Below, piece after piece: positions 14,824 to 21,687 of a stretch of 21,687 bases of DNA. How positions within the stretch are numbered: position 1 is the stretch's first letter; every line of letters begins with the position of its first letter. The notes beneath the pieces were generated by a model. It made no database searches. It worked only from the letters and a program-made list of their open reading frames with translations, and was not told where the DNA came from. Made by a program: the position numbers and the translations under genes. Origin of the DNA: Candidatus Bathyarchaeia archaeon (GTDB lineage Archaea; Thermoproteota; Bathyarchaeia; Bathyarchaeales; Bathycorpusculaceae); contig JAVZNT010000016.1 of assembly GCA_038882655.1 (NCBI GenBank), positions 1 to 21,687 of the forward strand, given 5' to 3'.

Positions 14824-15516
14824 ATGATAAATTGTAAGAGAATCTGTTTGATAGTAACTGCACTAATTGTCTTCTCTATCTTGCTGTCTGATGCGAACGC
14901 CGCAACAATAACTTCATGCACCCTTGATAGAACAGTGTATTACCAAGGCGAAACTGGATATATAACGCTAACAGTATACAATGATAAGGATGCTAAAATA
15001 CGGGTCTACGAGATAACGGCAACCATAAACTACTTTTACGCTGATGGAACACAGTACCTGCAAACCTTCTTCACAAACGCAACTCTCCCAACAGAAATAC
15101 CTCAAGGGCAGTCGCAAACTTTCTATATTCCATTTGTCCTACCCGCAAACGTTGCCCCAGGGTATGCGCATATCTTGGTGAGAGCGCGAACCGAGATATG
15201 GAACGAGGTGGCACAAAGATGGTATCAATCAGACAACCTGACAACTGAAATCTATCCATACATTGAATCGCCATACAAACAACAATACGAGCAGCAAAGG
15301 ATTATAAACGAGGAGTTGCAAGACCAGATAGAGGAACAAGAGGATATAATCAACGAGCTGCAAAATCAGCTTAAAACGCTTCAAGCAGCCTACGACAACA
15401 TGACCCTTCTAGTATACGTCTTCGTGGCAATCACGATAGGCTTAGGCATGGCCATAGCTTTCATTATAAAAACGCTAATAAAACCCAGAGCTATACTACA
15501 ACCAACCCCCCAATAA
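14824..15516 (+). CDS. Hypothetical cell-surface protein (signal peptide, beta-rich domain, coiled coil, C-terminal TM anchor)
   Basis: Hydrophobic N-terminus ending in ANA-A; Y/T-rich beta region; Q/E heptads; hydrophobic C-terminal helix followed by basic residues. Confidence 0.82.
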   Translation: MINCKRICLIVTALIVFSILLSDANAATITSCTLDRTVYYQGETGYITLTVYNDKDAKIRVYEITATINYFYADGTQYLQTFFTNATLPTEIPQGQSQTFYIPFVLPANVAPGYAHILVRARTEIWNEVAQRWYQSDNLTTEIYPYIESPYKQQYEQQRIINEELQDQIEEQEDIINELQNQLKTLQAAYDNMTLLVYVFVAITIGLGMAIAFIIKTLIKPRAILQPTPQ

Positions 15517-15559
15517 CCATTTTTCGTTAAAAAGCAAACATAACAGATTTCTGTCCTTA

Positions 15560-16738
15560 CTAGATTTTGTTTAGGGCTTGTTTTAGGTCTGCTATTATGT
15601 CTTTTGGGTCTTCTATTCCTAGGGCTAGGCGTACGAGCTGGTCTGTTATGCCAAGCCTTTGGCGCTGTTCCTGGGTTATGAAGTAGTGGGATGATGTGGC
15701 TGGCTGTGTTGCCAGGGTTTCTGTTCCGCCTAGGCTTGCTGCTAAAAGGCATAGTTTTAGGCTTTCCACAAACCGCACCGTTTTTTCAAAGTCTCCCTTT
15801 ATTTCGAAGCTTACAACTCCGCCGAAGCCTCGCATCTGTTTTTTGGCTAGGCTGTGTTGCGGGTGGCTCGGCAAACCAGGATAATAAACTTTTGCGACTT
15901 TTGGATGCTTTTCCAAGAATTTGGCTATTTGCATTCCATTTTTGTTGTGTCTCTTCATTCTTAATGTAAGCGTTTTCAAGCCTCTTAGCAGAAGCCAAGC
16001 CGCCATAGGGTCGAGGGTTCCGCCCAAAATTTTTCTGTTTCGCTTTAAATTTTGGATGAATTCTTTTGAGCTGCAGACAATGCCGGCGGTTACATCGTTG
16101 TGTCCGCCCAAATATTTTGTGGCGCTGTGGAGTACCACGTCTATGCCAAACTTTATTGGTGTTAAATTGTATGGTGTTGCAAGGGTGCTGTCAACAACTG
16201 TTGTTATGCCGTGCTTTTTGGCAAGGGCTGATAAGCTCGGCAAATCCACAATTTTCAATGTCGGATTTGTGAGAGTTTCGGCGTAGACTAGCCTTGTGTT
16301 CTTTTTTATGGCTTTTTCCACTTCGCCAATGTCGGTGGCGTCTACAAGGGTTACTTCAACTCCGAATCTTAGCAGAAACTCTTGGAAGAAGGTTAAGGTT
16401 CCGCCGTAAAGGTCTCTTGAAACCACAACATGGTCGCCTTTCGAAACCATTGTGAATATAGCCGTTGTTATAGCCGCCATTCCAGAAGCGAAGGCACACG
16501 CATCCTCCGAACCTTCCAAGATTGCCATTTTCTTTTCAACAGCCCGCACCGTTGGGTTGTCAAATCTTGTGTATAGGTAGCCCTCAGCCTTTCCGCTTAT
16601 GACGTCAATTAGCTCTTTAGTGCTTGTGAAGGCGAAAACTGAGGTTTCATAAATTGGCGTGGCAACCGCCCCAACGGCGTCTGGTTTTTCTCCGCCATGA
16701 ACAGCCCTTGTTGAAAAGCCAGCTCGTTTCGAAGCCAT
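15560..16738 (-). CDS. Trans-sulfuration PLP enzyme (cystathionine gamma-synthase/lyase family)
   Basis: YTRFDNPT, FASGMAA, LYGGT, HSATKYLGGH (PLP Lys), SLGG, RLALGIED; SD AGGTGAGGT. Confidence 0.92.
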   Translation of the reverse strand: MASKRAGFSTRAVHGGEKPDAVGAVATPIYETSVFAFTSTKELIDVISGKAEGYLYTRFDNPTVRAVEKKMAILEGSEDACAFASGMAAITTAIFTMVSKGDHVVVSRDLYGGTLTFFQEFLLRFGVEVTLVDATDIGEVEKAIKKNTRLVYAETLTNPTLKIVDLPSLSALAKKHGITTVVDSTLATPYNLTPIKFGIDVVLHSATKYLGGHNDVTAGIVCSSKEFIQNLKRNRKILGGTLDPMAAWLLLRGLKTLTLRMKRHNKNGMQIAKFLEKHPKVAKVYYPGLPSHPQHSLAKKQMRGFGGVVSFEIKGDFEKTVRFVESLKLCLLAASLGGTETLATQPATSSHYFITQEQRQRLGITDQLVRLALGIEDPKDIIADLKQALNKI

Positions 16739-16845
16739 TTACCTCACCTTTTAAACCATTGTTTCATGGCTTGTTTAAGAAATAACTTTTTAGGCTTGAC
16801 GCCAATATTTTAGACAAAACCGCCTTGTATAGGAGTTTAGCACTC

Positions 16846-18528
16846 ATGTTTGATAGGCAGAAGATTGAGGAAATAGCTAAGGAAAGGGAACGCTGGGAAA
16901 AATCAACACTGCCAAACTGGATTAAGCAATGTCCAGAACGGCAAAAAGAGTTCAAGAACCATTCCGGCATGAAGATTAAAGGGTTGTACACGCCAGAAGA
17001 CATCAAAGAAATGGATTACATGCGGGACTTGGGGCTTCCGGGCGAATATCCCTTCACGCGGGGTTTGCACGCCACCATGTATCGGGGACGACTATGGACA
17101 ATGAGGATGTTTGCTGGCTACGGCACAGCAGAAGACACCAACAAACGCTTCAAATACCTATTAAGTGAAGGCGAAACCGGACTGAGCACGGCTTTTGACT
17201 ATCCGACAATTATGGGTTATGATTCTGACCACCCAATGGCAAGTGGCGAGGTGGGCGTATGCGGAGTAGCCATATCATCGCTGCAAGATATGGAAGTCCT
17301 ATTTGACGGCATACCACTGGACAATGTTACAACTTCCATGACAATTAACGGTCCAGCCTCCGTTTTGCTTGCCATGTATATTGCCGTGGGCGACAAGCAA
17401 GGCGTCCCACGTGAAAAGCTCGGAGGCACGACGCAAAACGACAATTTAAAAGAGTTCTTCGCGCAGAAACTTTGTATTTTCCCGCCTAAGCCTTCGCTGA
17501 AGCTTTCAGTCGATGTGATAGAATACTGTGCTAGACACTTGCCGAAATGGAACCCAATAAGTATAAGCGGATACCACATTCGAGAGGCGGGTGCCACTGC
17601 GCTTCAGGAGTTGGCTTTCACCCTTTACGATGGAATAGCCTACGTTGAGGAAACCCTTAAAAGAGGCTTGAAAGTGGACGAATTCGCGCCTCGCTTGTCC
17701 TTCTTCTTCGCCTCCCACAACGACTTCTTCGAAGAAATAGCCAAGTTCCGCGCTGCAAGACGCCTATGGGCTAGGATAATGAAGGAGAGGTTCCACGCCA
17801 AAAACCCGCGTTCCATGTGGATGCGCATGCACGTCCAAACTTCCGGCTGCACCTTAACATCACAGCAGCCCCTAAACAACATTGTCCGCACAACCATTCA
17901 AGCCCTAGCCGCTGCTCTTGGCGGAACCCAGTCGCTGCACACAAACTCCTTCGATGAGGCTTTGTGCTTGCCAACAGAAGAATCCGTTAGAGTAGCGCTA
18001 AGAACACAGCAGATAATAGCCTATGAAAGCGGAGTGGCAAATACTGTTGACCCGCTTGCTGGCTCCTATTATGTTGAGGCTTTAACTAACGAGATGGAGG
18101 AGAAAGCCATGGAATACATTCAGAAAATCGATGACATGGGAGGGGTAATCCCAGCCATAGAGAAGGGCTTCTTACAGAAAGAAATAGCCGACAGCGCCTA
18201 CCGATACCAGCGGGAGATAGAAGAGAAAAAACGCATATTGGTGGGCGTGAACGAATACGCAATAGAAGGTGAAGAAATCCCAGTTAAGCTTTTGAGGGTT
18301 GACCCAAGCGTTGAGAAAAAGCAGATAGAGAGATTGCAGAAACTGCGAAGAGAACGCGACGACAGAAAGGTTAAGGAAGCGCTAGAAAAACTTCACTATG
18401 CAGCCGAAAAGGACGAGAATCTAATGCCAGCCATTATTGAAGCTGTTAAGGCTTACGCCACTCTAGGCGAGATAATGGATGTCCTGCGAAAAGTTTACGG
18501 AGAATATAAAGAATTAATAGTAATCTAA
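16846..18528 (+). CDS. Adenosylcobalamin-dependent acyl-CoA mutase large subunit, isobutyryl-CoA-mutase-type active site
   Basis: [53 protein letters not shown]; start placed at ATG 16846 after AGGAG. Confidence 0.92.
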   Translation: MFDRQKIEEIAKERERWEKSTLPNWIKQCPERQKEFKNHSGMKIKGLYTPEDIKEMDYMRDLGLPGEYPFTRGLHATMYRGRLWTMRMFAGYGTAEDTNKRFKYLLSEGETGLSTAFDYPTIMGYDSDHPMASGEVGVCGVAISSLQDMEVLFDGIPLDNVTTSMTINGPASVLLAMYIAVGDKQGVPREKLGGTTQNDNLKEFFAQKLCIFPPKPSLKLSVDVIEYCARHLPKWNPISISGYHIREAGATALQELAFTLYDGIAYVEETLKRGLKVDEFAPRLSFFFASHNDFFEEIAKFRAARRLWARIMKERFHAKNPRSMWMRMHVQTSGCTLTSQQPLNNIVRTTIQALAAALGGTQSLHTNSFDEALCLPTEESVRVALRTQQIIAYESGVANTVDPLAGSYYVEALTNEMEEKAMEYIQKIDDMGGVIPAIEKGFLQKEIADSAYRYQREIEEKKRILVGVNEYAIEGEEIPVKLLRVDPSVEKKQIERLQKLRRERDDRKVKEALEKLHYAAEKDENLMPAIIEAVKAYATLGEIMDVLRKVYGEYKELIVI

Positions 18529-18543
18529 AATGGGGTAGCAAAA

Positions 18544-18954
18544 ATGAGTGAAAGGGGAAGAAAAATAAGGGTTTTAATAGCCAAGCCGGGACTGGATAGC
18601 CACGACAGAGGAGCAAAAGTTGTTGCAAGAGCCCTTCGCGACGCTGGAATGGAGGTAATCTACACCGGATTGAGGCAGACGCCGGAGCAAATTGTTGAAA
18701 CAGCCTTGCAGGAGGATGTTGACGTCATTGGGTTAAGCATTTTGTCAGGGGCGCACTTGGCACTTTTCCCAAGGATAATGGAGTTGCTAAAAGAGAAGGG
18801 CTTAACAGACGTTCTAGTGTTTGCCGGTGGCATAATCCCAGAGGAGGACATTCCAGAACTTAAAAAAATCGGGATTAGAGAGGTTTTTGGACCAGGAACC
18901 CCGACTGAAACAATTATTAAGTATGTGTTGGAGAATGCTCCAAAGAGAAGATAG
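18544..18954 (+). CDS. Acyl-CoA mutase small (cobalamin-binding) subunit
   Basis: [10 protein letters not shown] (DxHxxG), [20 protein letters not shown]. Confidence 0.95.
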   Translation: MSERGRKIRVLIAKPGLDSHDRGAKVVARALRDAGMEVIYTGLRQTPEQIVETALQEDVDVIGLSILSGAHLALFPRIMELLKEKGLTDVLVFAGGIIPEEDIPELKKIGIREVFGPGTPTETIIKYVLENAPKRR

Positions 18955-18973
18955 GAAAAGCCGGTAAAAGCCA

Positions 18974-19921
18974 TTGCAGAAAATTGAGGAAATAGCCAAA
19001 GGCGTACTCGCCGGGGACAAAAGAGGCATAGCGAAAGCCATAACCATGGCTGAGAACAGCCCAGAAGAAGCCCAAAGCCTTATCGCAGCGGTTTACCCCC
19101 ACACTGGAAAAGCCCACATAATAGGCTTGACCGGCCCGGGAGGCTCTGGAAAAAGCACCTTAATAGAAAAAATGATCCGCGAATATAGGCGGAAGGGCAA
19201 GACTGTTGGCGTAATAGCCGTCGACCCAACAAGCCCCTTCACTGGCGGAGCCTTCCTAGGCGATAGAATCCGAATGCAAGAGTTGAGCACGGACAATGGA
19301 GTTTTTATTCGCAGCATGGCAACAAGAAACAATCCAGGAGGAATAGCAAAAGCCACAAAGGACGCCGTAAAAATATTGGACGCCTCTGGAAAAGACGTGA
19401 TAATTGTTGAAACTGTTGGTGCTGGACAGTCAGAAGTGGAGATAATCAAGGTGGCGCAAACAATAATTGTTATTCATGCTCCGGGGCTTGGCGACGAGAT
19501 TCAAGCCATAAAGGCTGGGATAATGGAGATTGCCGACATATTCGTTGTTAACAAGGCTGACCGCGAAAACGCCGACAAAGCCATGATGGATATTCAAGCT
19601 ATGCTGCAACTGGATAATAAGGAGAAGGCTTGGACACCGCCAATAATAAAGACTGTTGCCCTCACCGGCGAAGGCGTTCCACAACTCATTGAGAAGATAG
19701 AGGAGCACTGGCAGTTCCTCCAGAAAGGACTATTACACAAAAGAAGCATGGAAAAGGCTGAGGCAGAGCTTGTTGAAGCCATAAAGGATAAGGTGACAAG
19801 CTCGATAATTGAGAAACTAAAGAGGGAAAAACGCTTCGAGAAAATTTTAAAGCGGATTGTTGAACGAGAAATAGACCCGGCTTCGGCTGCGGAAAAACTT
19901 CTAAACCAAATGTTAGAGTAG
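18974..19921 (+). CDS. meaB: MeaB/ArgK GTPase chaperone of B12 mutases
   Basis: GPGGSGKST, VDPTSPFTGGAFLGDRIRM, ETVGAGQSE, NKAD; TTG start. Confidence 0.95.
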   Translation: MQKIEEIAKGVLAGDKRGIAKAITMAENSPEEAQSLIAAVYPHTGKAHIIGLTGPGGSGKSTLIEKMIREYRRKGKTVGVIAVDPTSPFTGGAFLGDRIRMQELSTDNGVFIRSMATRNNPGGIAKATKDAVKILDASGKDVIIVETVGAGQSEVEIIKVAQTIIVIHAPGLGDEIQAIKAGIMEIADIFVVNKADRENADKAMMDIQAMLQLDNKEKAWTPPIIKTVALTGEGVPQLIEKIEEHWQFLQKGLLHKRSMEKAEAELVEAIKDKVTSSIIEKLKREKRFEKILKRIVEREIDPASAAEKLLNQMLE

Positions 19922-19935
19922 AAGGCTGGAAACCA

Positions 19936-20466
19936 ATGCCGAAACTTGAAAAAGGCCTTGTGCAAGTCTACACTGGAGACGGGAAGGGCAAAACTTCGGC
20001 AGCTTTTGGGCTAGCTTTAAGGGCTATAGGCAGAGGGTTAAAGGTCCACATTATACAGTTTATTAAGGGCGGATTTGATTATGGTGAACTCTACGTTGTT
20101 GATAGGCTGCCGAATCTCACATTGAAAGCCTTTGGAAGGGGAAAATTTGTGACAACGCAACCCCCATCAGAAGAGGATGTCAAGCTTGCGGAAGAAGCCC
20201 TAAAGCTGGCGGAAAAAACTATCAAAAGCGGGGAATACGACTTAGTCATACTCGACGAGATTAATGTGGCTTTAAACCTTAAACTCATAAGCCTAGAAAA
20301 AGTGTTGGAGCTTATAAAGGGCAAGCCCAAACATGTAGAGCTTGTTTTAACTGGACGATATGCACCAAAAGAAATTATTGATGTTGCGGACCTTGTCACG
20401 GAAATGCGGGAAGTTAAACACCCTTTTAAGAGGGGCTGCCAAGCGCGGGAAGGAATAGAGTTTTGA
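19936..20466 (+). CDS. cobO: Cob(I)yrinic acid a,c-diamide / cob(I)alamin adenosyltransferase (CobO/BtuR/CobA)
   Basis: YTGDGKGKTSAAFG, QFIKG, ILDEIN, LTGR, KHPF, GIEF. Confidence 0.95.
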   Translation: MPKLEKGLVQVYTGDGKGKTSAAFGLALRAIGRGLKVHIIQFIKGGFDYGELYVVDRLPNLTLKAFGRGKFVTTQPPSEEDVKLAEEALKLAEKTIKSGEYDLVILDEINVALNLKLISLEKVLELIKGKPKHVELVLTGRYAPKEIIDVADLVTEMREVKHPFKRGCQAREGIEF

Positions 20467-21101
20467 AGATGATGACGCAGAATGCGGAGCAAAAAGCAAA
20501 GCAAAATTTTTCAGATGTGATTAAGACTTCGTGGGTTAAGTCCACCCTAATCGTGGGATTAATTTTCCTTGTGACAGGGGTAGCCGCAATATTTATCTTC
20601 AAAGTCGTGAACATTGGCGATTTCCAAATAATTTCGGACATGAAAGCTTTTGCAAGGGATTATGGCGTTTTAGGCGTTTTCTTCGCCACCATACTTGCCG
20701 GAACAGTCATCCCTCTGGGAAGCCCAGCACTCGTAGTGGCAGCAGCGTCCTTAGGAATCCCCCCATTGCCACTCGTGGTTGCAGCAACAATCGGGTTCAC
20801 AATAGGCATGACAATAAACTATTTTTTGGCTTACCACCTAGGAAGGCCGTTTGTAGCCAAAAGGTTGGGCGCTGAAAAACTTGAAGAAGTTACACTTTTA
20901 TGGAGCCGTTGGGGCTGGATTCTATACACGCTTTTTGGTTTAGTTCCGTTTCTGCCAGTGGAGTTCTTAGCACTGGTCTGCGGATTGTTGAAAGCAAGCA
21001 TCAAGACCTTTCTTGTTTTGAGCTTTACGCCTAGGCTGATAGTTTTCGCTGTCCTCGCATATTTTGGAGAAGCCATCGGCGGCTGGATTGGGATAATTTA
21101 A
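20463..21101 (+). CDS. DedA/VTT (SNARE-associated) family membrane protein
   Basis: Hydrophobic; GxTIGxxINYFLAYHLG and LVPFLP motifs; start overlaps or abuts the cobO stop (TTG 20463 or ATG 20469). Confidence 0.82.
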   Translation: MKMMTQNAEQKAKQNFSDVIKTSWVKSTLIVGLIFLVTGVAAIFIFKVVNIGDFQIISDMKAFARDYGVLGVFFATILAGTVIPLGSPALVVAAASLGIPPLPLVVAATIGFTIGMTINYFLAYHLGRPFVAKRLGAEKLEEVTLLWSRWGWILYTLFGLVPFLPVEFLALVCGLLKASIKTFLVLSFTPRLIVFAVLAYFGEAIGGWIGII

Positions 21102-21117
21102 GTTAGGCGAAGGCTGA

Positions 21118-21357
21118 CTACTTTCTTATGGGTGGTGGAACAGCAATCAGGGTTTGTGTGCGGCGAACACCCCTAATCTGCTGAACTCTCTCAATTATTT
21201 TTCCAAGCTCCTCAACCTTGGCAAACTCAACATAGACAACAGCGTCAAACTGTCCAGTCACAGCATGAGCCATCTTAACACCTTCAATTTTTAGGGCTGC
21301 CTCCGCAACCTCCCAAATCATGCCAGCCTCAGCATTTATCAAAATATAGGCTTCCAA
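21118..21357 (-). CDS. Stand-alone Lrp/AsnC ligand-binding (RAM) domain protein
   Basis: AYILIN...IEGV...AVTGQFD...IRGVRRTQTLI; SD GGGAGG then TTG. Confidence 0.88.
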   Translation of the reverse strand: MEAYILINAEAGMIWEVAEAALKIEGVKMAHAVTGQFDAVVYVEFAKVEELGKIIERVQQIRGVRRTQTLIAVPPPIRK

Positions 21358-21461
21358 ATCTTTTAGCCTCCCTACATAAGGTAGTTAGTCGATTAAAAAT
21401 AAAAAACTTAGGAAAATTTTTCTATAACAATCAAGAAAATGAGTTTTAGTTGTGGTGGGTT

Positions 21462-21687
21462 ATGAGGATTTTAGGCGTTGTTGGCTCTAATAGAAAGGAT
21501 GGGAACTCCTATCTTCTGCTAAAGGAAATGTTAAAGGGTGTTTCCTCCCATGAAACGAAAATTGTTCAGATGGCAGAGTTAAACATTAAACCATGTGAAC
21601 TATGCTTCGAAAAATGTGCACTAAAACCTTTCCAATGCGCCCTAAACGATGACTTCCAGAAGCTTTTCGCCGAAATGGCACAAGCTG
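21462..21687 (+). CDS. Iron-sulfur flavoprotein / flavodoxin-like FMN reductase family protein (truncated by window end)
   Basis: Manual translation MRILGVVGSNRKDGNS...IKPCELCFEKCALKPFQCALNDDF...; not in the ORF track because it has no stop in the window. Confidence 0.85.
   Translation, partial: MRILGVVGSNRKDGNSYLLLKEMLKGVSSHETKIVQMAELNIKPCELCFEKCALKPFQCALNDDFQKLFAEMAQA

Noticed and set aside
15560-16738. Calling this methionine gamma-lyase feeding propionyl-CoA to MCM
   Set aside because: It has YGG rather than the YGC typical of characterised MGLs, and the mutase is not MCM-type; left at family level
247-21076. Numerous 60-180 aa ORFs overlapping or antisense to assigned genes (e.g. 5718-6263, 9292-9687, 13809-14270, 20091-20504)
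   Set aside because: Shadow ORFs of well-supported genes with no recognisable motifs
1-21687. tRNA, rRNA, CRISPR array, IS element or integrase
   Set aside because: No cloverleaf, regularly spaced repeats, terminal inverted repeats or recombinase ORFs seen by eye; gene density leaves little room

Overview
Archaeal chromosomal window, most consistent with Bathyarchaeia (inferred from protein families, a dockerin-tailed solute-binding protein and archaeal TATA/SD signals). It carries a tldD-pmbA pair, an RNA polymerase subunit Rpo5/RpoH gene, a ModE-type HTH divergent from a TauE/SafE permease, a nitroreductase, a HAD hydrolase, a large secreted S8-protease/solute-binding-protein/dockerin chimera, three thiolase-fold plus three DUF35 genes, a decayed beta-helix pseudogene, a membrane-anchored hypothetical protein, a trans-sulfuration PLP enzyme, a B12 acyl-CoA mutase operon (large subunit, B12-binding subunit, MeaB, CobO, DedA), a stand-alone Lrp effector domain and a truncated iron-sulfur flavoprotein. 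No RNA genes, CRISPR arrays or transposases were seen. Four things stand out: (1) the Rpo5 has an N-terminal domain resembling the eukaryotic Rpb5 jaw domain; (2) a complete subtilisin domain appears inserted inside the N-terminus of an oligopeptide-type binding protein; (3) the mutase has Phe/Gln specificity residues typical of isobutyryl-CoA mutase, not methylmalonyl-CoA mutase; (4) two Cys-less thiolase-fold proteins carry Tyr substitutions reminiscent of Ltp2-type aldolases. The tauE gene also seems to need a non-canonical ATA start. Reference motifs were recalled from memory, not searched.
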